Part shown: piece by piece, positions 1-11,982 of the stretch | How positions within the stretch are numbered: position 1 is the first letter of the stretch | Layout of the letters: the number at the start of each line of letters is the position of its first letter | Assembly: GCA_951406725.2 (NCBI GenBank) | Contig: OX597814.1 | Coordinates: 122,450,001-122,514,000 of the forward strand | Length of the DNA: 64,000 nt | DNA from: Octopus vulgaris | Lineage: Eukaryota | Reading direction: 5' to 3' | The notes under the pieces: model-generated | What the model was told of the DNA's origin: nothing | What the model saw: only the letters and a program-made list of their open reading frames with translations | Databases searched by the model: none | Position numbers and translations under genes: made by a program

Positions 1-409
1 AGGAAAAATAAAAAAACAATTTTGTCCTTAATTACATCCTTGCAGAAAATTACCAAGGTATTTTTTAAAGTCTTTTTAATCAATAAAAGTTTTATTTACT
101 TTAAAATTGTTGCTATAAAATTGATGAACAAGAGGTTAATTTACTGTAAAGCCATAAAGAATTAAGACGTCTGAATCATCTTAAAGAACTAAGAACATAG
201 GCAAAGTCTCGAATTAACATGTTTGCCGCTTTGTATAATAATACTTTCTTGTATCCAGTCTGTTGACATGTCTGTAAATCATTGACTGGATTAAAGTCTC
301 ATAAATGAGATAGCCGACAGAGCTAACAGAATAGAGAAAATAGATTTGGCCTCTGTATCCTAGACAGACAGGGAACTCCATTATATGTATGTGATATATA
401 GCAAAATAA

Positions 410-610
410 AAGGCAGTGAGCCACGCCGGAAAAATGGTGTTTAGTGATATTTCTTCCGACTTTACGTTCAGAGTTCAAATATCACTGGGGTCGACTTTGC
501 CTTTCATCCTTTCGGGGTCGTTAAATACTCACCTGGAGCAATGGGGTCGGTGTAAGCGACTTATTCTCCTCTCCTAAATTGCTGACCTAGTGCCATTATT
601 TGAAACCAAT
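410..610 (+). mobile_element. Degenerate SINE family A copy (tRNA-like head plus conserved GCCTTTCATCCTTTCGGGGTCG core)
   Basis: gagttcaaat B-box-like motif followed by gtcgactttgcctttcatcctttcggggtcg, shared with copies at 9008, 22039, 33849, 52358 and 58416. Confidence 0.75.
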
Positions 611-2010
611 ATATAACAAAATACATATATATTCTGTATAAACTATATCGATGATATGAGAAAACAATAGTCAACGAGGAGAGTATTTAGTTTCATAACC
701 GAAATATGAATTATTTCATCAGATATTTATTCCTTGCATTATGATGCTTAACTCTAAATTTGTTGAGAAATTTCTTCGGTTGAATCGAACTGAGTACATA
801 TCTGCTTCATATTTCATTGATACTGATCAAATTTAAATCAACAGACTATTCTAGTAAGATTTGAACTCAGAACATTAAGTGTCGAAACTAAATAGTGCAA
901 GATATTATTTTCCCCATCTGCCGTTTTACCATCCCAACACCTTATTTTTTGTCTATAGAAGTATTGACCAGATTCAAAGAAAACATCAGACAGCTTATAG
1001 CTTCTCAACTCGGTATATGTAATCCTATTACAGTTTCAGAAATTCCTTTACAATCGATTGAATATGTTTAAATATATACAATGCAATAATTTAAACAGTG
1101 TGTCGTGTCTTCCGTGATTTTTATCAGGGCTTTCACAAAGCCTACTCTAGTGTCTACGTTTTGAAAAGATAATATATACAACATTTAAATGAGAGAAGAC
1201 ACGACAAGTCAAAAACATGTTCTGTTTTGTTTGTTATATTTTATTGGGCTTTTTGTCTAGACGTTCTTACACAGTAGGAGAAGTTTCTTTATAGATATGT
1301 CGAATCAGAGGTACAGAATAATTCTTTATAAACATATGCTATTGTTAGGATATCAAGACTTACAGCCGAATTTCTTTCCTTGTAGGAGGGTATCAATTAT
1401 ACGAGTGGCGCGGGTAGTATTTGAACTTTGTCACATTGCTTATGTAATGAATACCTTACCCATTGTGTTTTATAAATGACATTTTATTGATTAGCCCACG
1501 TTGCGAAGCCAATAACATTTTTATCTCAAGTTACGTTTCATCGGCAGCACTATACGACTGTAGACCGATGTCTGATGCAGTAGAAAATATTAAGCGAAAT
1601 TTTACTGGTCGAACTTTTCTTCTTGATAATTGCACACATACTCACACACGAATAAACATACACACCTACAAACACCGATACAAACACGTTGAGATTTTAT
1701 TTTGTTATTGTTTTTCTTTTTTTATCACATCATGTTCTAGATGATTGGAGCACTGATAATGTTTGTTATATCACAGCTGTTTCTCTCACTAGTGACTATT
1801 TGTATCTCACTCGACGCCGACTGTTAGCTTTGATCTAAATCTGAATAACACAGCAAGTAAACTATCAAAAGCCATTCAAATCAGTAATTATAATTTCCTC
1901 TTGATTGATTATCAGAGATTACATACTCCACATTCTGAAATAAAAACAGATTCGAGAGGCTGTTTTTTAGTTTTGCACCCATACATGTCCATCTATCTGT
2001 CTATCTATCC

Positions 2011-2072
<62 letters not shown>

Positions 2073-2079
2073 ATAACTA

Positions 2080-2630
2080 CACATGGTGGTTGCCCCCTCG
2101 TTATCGAGTATGGCCATTGCACGAAGCTTAATCAATGTTGTTATCGTGCAATGCCTGTGCAAGAAGATTTTTTTTTATAAAGTGAGGAAAGTCTGTGCAC
2201 TGAGTCAATCCCACTCACTAATCAACAGCAGCCATAATCCGAAAAGAATAAGTCAACATCATCGGTAACCACTGAGCCGCAGGTTTTATGTCGGAGTTAT
2301 CCCAGTTACTTGAGTTACCTTCTCCTAGAAGGATGCCCTAACAAAGGCATCCTTCACTCCCAATGGTTTAACCGCGCGATCGGGTATTCAGTCCGATTAT
2401 TTCTATGTCCCCGCGCATGATACAGTCTCAAGACATTTATTGGAAGGCCGTTGACTCTCAAGAGTTCCTCCGCCTTCTAACGGGTTTTGTTTTTCATACC
2501 GCAGGGTGTCCAATAAACACCCCCTCACCAAGCAAGCTTGGTGGGGTTGCTGGTTTAGTCGCCGACGACCCGACCATGCAACAGGTTGTACTGGGTTACA
2601 TGTTACCAGTAGCACTCGAAAGTGACCTGA
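2080..2630 (-). mobile_element. RTE-type LINE/SINE 5'-UTR-like fragment
   Basis: Minus strand reads gggcatccttctaggagaaggtaactc...aaaacc, a motif I associate with RTE-clade 5' regions; GC-richer than its flanks; boundaries approximate. Confidence 0.4.
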
Positions 2631-3884
2631 CACAAATCATACATACATACATAACTTGTATTGCGGGACTGATTATCATCCTCGTTATGTAACTTTTAGG
2701 CCCTGTGGTCATCTTCATGTTTCCCATGATGCACAACTCCTACTGAGGTTCTCATCACATTTGGACATCATACTTTTCTGTCCACCATTCTTTTTGTTTT
2801 TGTTTGTTTTTTTCACCACGCCAGATATCTCCTAATGGTAAAAGATATCTTCACTTCGTCAAGACACTTTCACTTTCGTTTTCTAATGCTGAAATTACTA
2901 ATTCTTACCATTAAGTGAATGGCTAAGTGATCTAAGTCATACCTTTAAGTGATCTGAAGTGTAATCCACAATATAGTAGTCAACAGCTACTGAACTGCGG
3001 ACTTTTCCGTTACTGTACGGGAATCTCAGCTGCTTGTTTCCTGTAAAATTCTACCGTAACCTCCGATACATGTTCATACTGATCCGTGGCACTTGAATTT
3101 CGTCATCAAGTCAGACTCAATATGCTCCTCCATCGAATATCTCTACTCTCAATTATCTGAAAGTTATCGCATCCTTTCCAGTTTTCTTGAAACAGCTAAC
3201 ACTGTATCCGCTCAAACTGAATTGTATCGCCATTAATCTCCTGCAATTATAGCTAAGTTCTTTTTCTTTTTCTAAATTCCATTTCTAGAAGACATTTTTG
3301 AAATTAAAAATAAATTAAAACAATGAAAGAGAGAAAATAAATACGCATATTATATATATTACATTATATTGCAATTGTTTCCTGATAGAATATTTGCTTG
3401 TTTTACGATGAATAACAAAAAACTAAAGATATCAAAATATAATAATGTGCTACATAACTTAACAAAGGAGGATGTTTTCTAACAATACGATGAAAAATAG
3501 CATAATTAAGAATTAGATAGCATTGATTTGCATTTTTGGAATCATTGACAATATATTGTTTTTCCGTTGTTATTTTGTTTTGTTTTTTTAACATACATAA
3601 TTAAGTGGAAAACAAATATTGCTAAATAGTAAAACATTAACATTTATCAAAGCCTAAAGTTAGGAACTGTCAAAAGTTTCTTAATGAAAGGTAATAAGTA
3701 GTATGAAGAATGACTAAGCGATGTTTAGTAATACTTTCACAGTAACGGTAATTCTACTTCTCCAAAGCTCTATCTATTAATCTTCATTTCCTAAACAGTC
3801 GTTGCATTAATAACAAACATGTCGACATTTTGACGATAATTCATTTACATCTTCCTAAAATTAGCTGCATTTGACATCGTGATT

Positions 3885-3909
3885 TTTATTGTTATCATTA
3901 TCATCATCA

Positions 3910-3970
<61 letters not shown>

Positions 3971-3995
3971 CATTATTATTATTATTTTATTATTA

Positions 3996-4039
<44 letters not shown>

Positions 4040-4048
4040 TTATTATTA

Positions 4049-4095
<47 letters not shown>

Positions 4096-4165
4096 TTATT
4101 ATTATTATTATTATTATTTTATTATTATCATTATTATTATTATTATTATTATTATTTTATTATTA

Positions 4166-4203
<38 letters not shown>

Positions 4204-4255
4204 TTATTATTATTATCATTATTATTATTATTATTATTATTATTTTATTATTATC

Positions 4256-4299
<44 letters not shown>

Positions 4300-4425
4300 C
4301 ATTATTGTTGTTGTTGTTATTATTATTGTTATTATTATTATTATTATTACCGTTGTTGTTTTTGTTTTTGTTGTTGTTGTTGTTGTCGTCGTCGTCGTCA
4401 TCATTAGCATCATCATCATCATCAT
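3885..4425. repeat. Compound (ATT)n/(GTT)n/(ATC)n microsatellite
   Basis: About 540 bp of triplet repeats with periodic single-base frame slips; source of the poly-I/L/Y/N ORFs. Confidence 0.97.
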
Positions 4426-4743
4426 TGATAATAACGTTTCCCTTTTTGCTTCCTTTTGACAGTAATTTTGTTTTCAATTTTGATTAAATTTAAGTACTTA
4501 TTTATTTATTTATTTACTTTACTTTGCTGAACTACTTGCTATTGTCCTTTGGCAAATCTTTGATAAAACGTTGAGATGAGGAATGGACAGAGATAGCAAG
4601 AGATAAGAAACTGGCCAGGAAGCAGGAAGGAGAATCTAAGAAGGGAGCTACATACATAAATACGTACATATAGATATGTGTATGCATGTATATACATACA
4701 TACATGCATACATGCATTTACATACATGCATACATACATACAT

Positions 4744-4819
<76 letters not shown>

Positions 4820-4951
4820 TGATATATATAGTCAGAGAGAGGGAGAGAGAGAAAGGGAAAGCGGTGAGGTTGGTTAAAGAGTATTTAAGAGAAAAGTTGT
4901 ATTATATCGAAGGAGGAGGAAATGTAAAATTCAAGCATACTCAATATTTAT

Positions 4952-5016
4952 GCAGCTGCTTCCGGTGCTGTCGGTGCTGCCGTTCCTGCTGCTGCTGCTG
5001 CTGCGACTTCTGCTGG

Positions 5017-5058
<42 letters not shown>

Positions 5059-5100
5059 CGATGATGTTGATTACGATGATGGTGATGACGATGATGGTGG

Positions 5101-5151
<51 letters not shown>

Positions 5152-5275
5152 CGATGGCCACGACTGCGGCGGCGGCGGCGATTATGAGCACCGCCATGAC
5201 TACGAACTCGACGATAACTATGACTTGGCCGGTGATAACGAGAGAAGAAAAAGGAGAAGGAGGAGGATATAGCAG
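4952..5275. repeat. GC-richer compound triplet tract (GCT)n-(GAT)n-(GGC)n-(AGR)n
   Basis: Seen directly; produces His-, Met-, Asp- and Ile-rich open frames. Confidence 0.85.
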
Positions 5276-5417
5276 ACATGCTGAAGAGAAATACCAATGT
5301 ATGACGATCAGCTTATTATTATTCCAAACATCTTGTCATTTTCTGCTTTCATCGTACAACCAAACACAGTACAGTGTGTACCTTGGTCACATGTAGTGAT
5401 AGTTTTATTCTCTGCAT

Positions 5418-5504
<87 letters not shown>

Positions 5505-5557
5505 CTGTGTGTGTGTGAGAGTATATGTATGATTATTATGTGTGTAGATATATATAA

Positions 5558-5910
5558 AAGAATTTTTTTGCGTAATAAGATTAAAAAACCAAGGCTGTAC
5601 AGTTATTAGAGCATTTATAGATAGAAGGTCTTACAGCTGTTTCTAGGATATTTATTAATTATATCCCTTCATCGGAGACGGTGTAAGAGGATGGTTAAGT
5701 CATAGTCAGTTTAGATGTGCCTTGGTTTTTTATCATATTACGCAAAAAATTCTTATATACACACGCTGACATAGAATTAACGTTGAACCGTTTATTCGCA
5801 ATATTACCGAATCTGGAACTTAACTACGCTCTGTCTGTAGCACTTATTCAGCATTACCTGACACCTTTGGGTCTCAATGACATTGCTATCTCTTATAACC
5901 TCAACTTTTG
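5558..5910. mobile_element. Penelope-like element remnant with inverted terminal segment and hammerhead
   Basis: Imperfect inverted repeat 5558-5595 / 5719-5754 encloses a hammerhead; downstream + frame LIQHYLTPLGLND resembles the C-terminal P-x-G-L-N motif of PLE GIY-YIG endonucleases; (TA)n-rich flanks. Confidence 0.6.
5628..5679 (-). ncRNA. Minimal type I hammerhead ribozyme (CCGAUGA core variant)
   Basis: Minus strand: gtct CCGATGA a gggata..tatcct a GAA ACAGCTGT A agac; stem I gtct/agac, palindromic stem III ACAGCTGT, GUA cleavage triplet. Confidence 0.7.
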
Positions 5911-5916
5911 CTATAC

Positions 5917-6011
<95 letters not shown>

Positions 6012-6014
<3 letters not shown>

Positions 6015-6373
6015 CTGTCTCTGTGGTAAGGAGTTTGCTTTCCAGCCACACGGTTCGGATTTGAGTCCCACTTCGTGACACCTTAAGCAAGTACCTTCAA
6101 CGATAGCCTTGAGCTAACTATGTGTGTTTTTGTGTGCGCGTGTGTGTATGTGTGTGTGAGCGTGCGTGTGTTTTGTGTGTGTCTGTATTTGTACCCCCAC
6201 CACTGTTTGGCAACGGGCGTTGGTGTGTTTACGATCCGATAACTTAGCGGTTCGGAGAAAAGACCGACGGCTAGGTTTTACAAAATATAGTCGTTGGGTC
6301 GATTTGTTTGACTAAAATTCTTCAAGGCGGTGCCCCAGCACGGCCGCAATCAAATGTCAGAAACAAGTAAAAG
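6012..6373 (+). mobile_element. SINE family B (tRNA-derived head, internal TA/TG microsatellite, GACTGAAACAAGTAAAAG tail)
   Basis: Matches the near full-length copy at 63064-63475. Confidence 0.85.
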
Positions 6374-6393
6374 ATTCATATACGTATACATTC

Positions 6394-6736
6394 TTTTACT
6401 CGTTTCCGTCATTTCATAGCAGCCGTGCTGGAGCATCGCCTTTAGACTTATTCTTTGTAAGCCTAGTATCTGTTGCCGAACTGCTAAGTTACAGGAACGT
6501 AAACACACCAACATCAAGTGTCAAAGCGATGGCAGCGAACAAACACACACACAAAACACACATATATATATGTACGTCGGGGTTCTTTCAGTTTCCATCT
6601 ACAAAATCCCCTCACAAGGCTTTGGTCGGCTCGAGGCTTTAGTAGAAGCCACTCGCCCAAGGTGACACGCAGTGGGACTGAATCCGGAACCATATGGTTC
6701 AGAATCAAGCTTCTTACCACAAAGCCACTCCTGCGC
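6394..6736 (-). mobile_element. SINE family B, tail-to-tail with the previous copy
   Basis: Reverse complement of the family B sequence (cttttactcgtttccgtcat ... agccactcctgcgc). Confidence 0.85.
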
Positions 6737-7219
6737 TGGTACCCACACCATGTCTCTTGTAGTTTATATTATATAAATGTACGTGTGAGTGGCTGTTTGC
6801 GGGTGTGTTTGTGTGAGTGTGTGTGCGTTTGTGTATGAGTGTGCGTGTATATGCGCCCATTCACGTGTGATGTGGTACGAAGTCGTGTTGAATAAAATAT
6901 TTAACACGTTTGAGTGCATTCGGACGTAATAAAACCTTCCACTGCAGAACTTTCTGTTCCTAGAGATAATGAAAACCCATAGTAGGCTGTGAATAACGTC
7001 AAGGCATCTTACAGCGAAGACGCTTCTGCTTTCTTTCGGATTACAAATCCATAATTCACGGATCGATAAGAAGGAATTTATCCTTATTAAAATTGCATAT
7101 GCTAGATTTGTTAGTGTGCGAAAAGTTTGATCAAGTTAGACTTGGAAATATAATGTCGAATGTTGCTCAAAGCAGCACTGAACAAAATATATTCCTGTAA
7201 TCTCAGATATTGAACGGAC

Positions 7220-7301
<82 letters not shown>

Positions 7302-7774
7302 TGTATATATATATATATATGTTTGTATATACATTTGTAAATATATATATATATGTAAATATATGTCCCCCTCCCTCTCTCATCCTTCATTCTTTCTGGT
7401 TTCCTTTTCTTCTACCTTACTGTCCCTCTCTCTCTCTCTCTCTCTCTCTCATTCTTCATTCTTTTTGGTTTCCTCTACAACCATTCCCTTTTTCCCCCCT
7501 CTCTCTTACTCCTCCTCTTCCCGCCCGTCGTTGACCCGCGACGAGGTTACTACTGTCTTTCTGACCTGGCTTCCTTCAAGTGTAGACGTCTTTCCTGTCT
7601 CTCTCTTGCCGTCCTCAAAAAGCGTTCAAAATATTTTTTCTTTTGTTCTGGCTTAACACCTCTCCATGTTTGTATTACTGTTATTCTCCTTGTCCTGTCT
7701 TTTACTGTTTGTATTTTGTACTGTTTTTACTGTCCTGTTTTTGTTACCATTTTTACCCCTCCGCAAAAAAATCT

Positions 7775-8003
7775 CAAATTTTATTTAATTTGCTTTTTGC
7801 AGGAAGGATTGTTTCAAAGAAGTTGTGTCTCGCCTTTACCTTCGAAACGCGGAGTAGATGAAACAGAGGCGGCTGAAGAAGGGGAATTTTCCTTGTGTTC
7901 TATGTCTTGTGTTGTTTAAGAAAAATGTCCATTTCCCTGGTTTTGTGTATATGTTTTCGTTTCTCATTGTGTTCGACGTTTTTTTTTGTGTCCTGTACCC
8001 ATA
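7775..8003 (+). mobile_element. Repeat carrying the permuted hammerhead (3' portion; may extend 5' to about 7500)
   Basis: Homologous to the minus strand of 18262-18492; both end in gtgtcctgtac(c/t)cat followed by a TA-type tract. Confidence 0.7.
7810..7884 (+). ncRNA. Candidate non-circularly permuted (pseudoknotted) hammerhead ribozyme, copy 1
   Basis: Order: TTGTGTC^TCGCCTTT - a - CCTTC GAA ACGCGG - linker - AGAGGCGG CTGAAGA AGGGG. Stem I 7830-37/7865-72 (8 bp), stem III 7823-28/7847-52, stem II 7839-42/7881-84, GUC at 7827-29; covaries with copy 2. Confidence 0.65.
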
Positions 8004-8146
8004 TATGCATGTATATATACATGTAGATGTAGGTACGTACATATATGTATGTATATATGCATATGTTTTATTTATTAATTTGTTATCATATATATATAAT
8101 TTCAGGGTGTATACTTGATAATTGTAAGCTATATATATATAGCCAC

Positions 8147-8575
8147 AGGAGTGGCTGTGTGGTAAGAAGCTTGCTTCCCAACCATATAGTTTGGGTTCAG
8201 TCCCACTGCCTGATATCTCAGACAAGTATCTTCTTCTATAGTTTCGGGTTCACCAATGCCTTGTAAGTGGAATTGGTAAACGGAAACTGAAAAAAATGAT
8301 GTCGTATATGTGTGTTTGTGTATGTGTGTGTGTGTGTCTTTGTGTCTTTGTGTCTTTGTGTCTGTGTTTGTCCTCCACCATCGCTTGACAACCGATGTTG
8401 GTCTGTTTACGTCCCTGTAACTTAGCGGTTCGGCAAATGTGTCTGATATAATAAGTACTAAGCTTACGAAGATTAAGTTCTGACGTCGATTTCATCGACT
8501 AAAGCAACCCTTCAAGGTGGTGCTCCAGTATGGCCACAGATAAAAATGACTGAAACAAGTAAAAGAATAAAAGAA
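8147..8575 (+). mobile_element. SINE family B
   Basis: Full head-to-tail match to family B. Confidence 0.9.
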
Positions 8576-8576
8576 A

Positions 8577-8644
<68 letters not shown>

Positions 8645-8649
8645 TTATA

Positions 8650-8849
8650 CAAGGTTGGCCAAACGTCAGACGACAGTAAATAAAATTCCTTAAATATCAT
8701 CTGTAATTCTGTATTGACTGGGATGGAAAAATGCGTCGCTCAAGAAGTACTTGTGATGCTTTTATTAAATTCATTCAGTTGTTAAACATAAATAAATCTT
8801 GGTATTAAATGGTTTTGATTTACTGTAAGGTGACTTTTGACCAACATTG
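8650..8849. mobile_element. Tc1/mariner-type MITE, about 200 bp
   Basis: TA|caaggttggccaaacgtca..acagtaaa ... tttactgt..tgacttttgaccaacattg|TA: imperfect terminal inverted repeats with TA duplication. Confidence 0.65.
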
Positions 8850-9007
8850 TATATATTCAACTGTACTGGAAGCTGACTTGTTAATTTAAATGTAGCACTA
8901 ACTCATACAGTAGTCGCCGTTCATCTAGCTGTAAATACAAGATACATACTTATATACGCGTATAGACAGACAAAGAGACATACAAATAGATAGATAAATC
9001 ATACCAT

Positions 9008-9243
9008 AAGGCGGCGAGCTGGTAGAAACGTTGGCACGCCAGGCGAAGTGCTGAGCGGTATTTCGTCTGCCGCTACGTTCTTAGTTCAAATTCCGCCGAG
9101 GTCGAGTTAGCCTTTCATCCTTTCGGGGTCGATTAAATAAGTACCAGTTACGCACTGGGATCAATATAATCAACTTAATCCGTTTGTCTGTCCTTGTTTG
9201 TCCCCCTATGTGTAGCTCTTTGTGGGCAGTAATGAAATAAGAT
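9008..9243 (+). mobile_element. SINE family A
   Basis: Full family A match; flanking direct repeat agataaatcata (target-site duplication). Confidence 0.9.
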
Positions 9244-9424
9244 AAATCATATCAAGCATATATATATAGCGTCCCTCTTGTCGCAAACGAGAGGTGGATA
9301 TTTCGCATCTTTTTGTTGAACAATTTGCACGGGATATTTGTTTATGATGATGAAATACTCACACTGTACAGTACATCATCTTTACAAATCATCATTATCT
9401 GCGCAGGTACACACTGTGACACAT

Positions 9425-9550
9425 GTCTGATGTGACAGTATAGCAACGTGAAATGAAGCGTTTTGCTGAAGAACACGAAGCATCTCTTGGTCGGAGAATC
9501 GAAACCACGCTCGCAAGAATTTGAGTATAACACCTAACATCACTGAGGTC
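9425..9550 (-). mobile_element. SINE family D head fragment
   Basis: Reverse complement matches gtggtttcgatt...gtgttctt.agcaaaac.cttcatttc, as at 55438-55560. Confidence 0.65.
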
Positions 9551-9569
9551 ACACATCCTCAGTGATGCA

Positions 9570-10310
9570 TTTTTCACATGTTCCTTATATACTACTGATA
9601 CTCTGACACTTTATTCATATATGTAGTTTACTTTTCTGTGGAATGCTTTCAATTCGAACTGCTTTTAAAGATCCGTTTCTGTCGATTTTAGATCCTGCTC
9701 CACACAGAATAATTTGGTTTTACTAAAATACAACTGATTTGTCCTGACTTTTTAGGTATTGGCGAAGTAGAGACTTTTACTGTTCATTTCTTAGAATGGC
9801 ATAAAGTAATCTTATTTTCAAGAAACGTATAGTCTTTAGAAGTTTCTGTTGGGAATTTCCATACTCCCCAGAGCTGTCAATAGATATTTTGTAATTTTCT
9901 ATTTGCTGAAGTTCTGAACTGATCTATACCTGTGAGAAATGTCGATCTCTATCTGACTTTTGGTGTTGTATAAGAAACGTAGACATTATTCTTCTTGCTT
10001 TCATGTCTAGCCTTGCTAATTTACTTCATAATTTTTGCTAATTCGTTTGAAGTTAAGAGTATCATAACTATATCTCATTACATAAACATCTAGAGTACTA
10101 AAACCTATTCCTTCATATTTTTTTTAATATAACATTGTTTTCAGTATTTATGAGTCAATTGTATTCCTTTCTAACCTCGTCTTCATCTTGTCTATATTCA
10201 GTTTCATTAATTCCTAACGATTTGGAAGTCTGTGTTTGGTATTATAATTCTTTTGTCTTTTTCGTTATCTAAAATGATATAAGTGGTATTTTTGTTTACT
10301 GCTTTACTAT
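9570..10310 (-). pseudogene. Ancient R4/Dong-type non-LTR retrotransposon, RT-thumb to zinc-knuckle region
   Basis: Broken minus-strand translation recovers EVRKEY..KILKT, RYSY, LARLDMKARRIM..QHQKSDRDR and a degenerate W..G.LK.ET..KCR.C segment, matching the better copy at 18623-20113. Confidence 0.6.
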
Positions 10311-10346
10311 GTCATTACTACTTACACTACAACAGCAACAACTGTG

Positions 10347-10450
10347 AAGGCCCAATGTCCTAGTGGTTAGGGCAGCGGACTCGCGGTCTTAGTAGCTTAG
10401 AGTAGGCTCAAATTAGAGATTATTTTTGTGGCTAATGGCGTGAGTCCTGA

Positions 10451-10481
<31 letters not shown>
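10347..10481 (+). mobile_element. SINE family C, internally deleted, (GAA)n tail
   Basis: Head gtggttagggcagcggactcgcgg fused to the 3' end ttagagattat..gtggctaatggcgtgagtcctg; flanking acagcaacaa repeat. Confidence 0.8.
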
Positions 10482-10993
10482 ACAGCAACAATTACTACTA
10501 ATACTACTGCTCATTTCGAATTTGTTGAAGTTAATTCTTCTAAACCGAGTTTCACGTCAATTACTCAACTACATCCATATATTGAGTGTAACAGATTTTC
10601 TAGTAACTTCACACCAGCACCATATTATTCGAATATATATACAAGACATGGATGATTGCCAATTCATCACATTTGAATCAACTTAAGTGTTGTTAGTACG
10701 TCCAGCTTATTAGATTTAATGCCAGGCATTAAAATAGTGGAGAAAACGTGTCTGTTCAGACAGCCTTTCTCTACTCATTAGAATTATTTTTTTAATCGCA
10801 TCCATAACATTTTATCTTTTACATGTCTTAGTCGTTGTCCTGCGGCCATGCTGGATCATTGCCTGGAAGTGTTTAATCGAACGAAACTACCCCAGTACAA
10901 TTTTTTGAGTATAGTACTTACCCTTCCGGTCTCTTTTGCTAAATCGGACGTAAACAAATACAAACATCTATATGCACACGCATATATGTATAT

Positions 10994-11049
<56 letters not shown>

Positions 11050-11055
11050 ATATAT

Positions 11056-11125
<70 letters not shown>

Positions 11126-11150
11126 TGATAGATAGATTGATAGATAGATT

Positions 11151-11222
<72 letters not shown>

Positions 11223-11341
11223 TGCGCATGCATGCATAGAGCAGAAAATGGGTAATCCTGTGGCAGACTAGTCTTCCGATTAAGTTATCGGTTATCAAGC
11301 GGTAACGGTACAAACGTAAACACACCCATTTATATACACAC

Positions 11342-11396
<55 letters not shown>

Positions 11397-11454
11397 TATA
11401 TATATATGTGTGTATAAAATGAAATAAAATGAAAAACAGGACACAAAGGATGTC

Positions 11455-11547
11455 GCGGTACACATGTTTCGAGCTTTATAAAACAACTTATTCTTACATC
11501 AATGCATAATCGACATAATAGATAGTTTAAAAGCCCTCTTCAGCCGC
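11455..11547 (-). ncRNA. Type I hammerhead ribozyme in a PLE-like remnant (about 11410-11870)
   Basis: Minus strand: gcgg CTGAAGA gggcttt...aaagctc GAA ACATGTGT A ccgc; core intact, GUA site; flanked by (TA)n and (TG)n. Confidence 0.8.
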
Positions 11548-11869
11548 ATGCAATTGCTATACCAAAGACTTGTATCACATTATGAAAGGTTTGAGAAAGA
11601 ACGTTTGGTATTATTTATAATGGTAGGTAAACCGAGTATCACTGGGAAAGTATGTTTGTTAATCTTCATAATCAAATAGGCGTACAGGGTGTTATTAGAC
11701 TCCAAAAAATCTTCCATACCGTTTTCTCACTCAATATAGAGTGAATACTGGGTAGATAGATTCCGGTTGGGTTCATTCTTCTTGTAAGGGAATGAAAAAA
11801 GGAGGATTGGATGTTGAGAAAAGGAAAGAAGAGAGGAAGGGGAGGAAATGTTAATGAAGTTGGGATCAC

Positions 11870-11908
<39 letters not shown>

Positions 11909-11931
11909 TGTGTATGTGTGTGTGTGCGTGT

Positions 11932-11982
<51 letters not shown>

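Noticed and set aside
2545-2630. Possible HDV-like ribozyme at the 5' end of the RTE-like fragment
   Set aside because: A P4-like hairpin and CTAA are present on the minus strand, but I could not build P1 or P3
4941-5297. 118-aa His/Gln-rich minus-strand ORF
   Set aside because: Explained by the (GAT)n/(GCT)n tract; several frames are open at once and there is no splice or homology support
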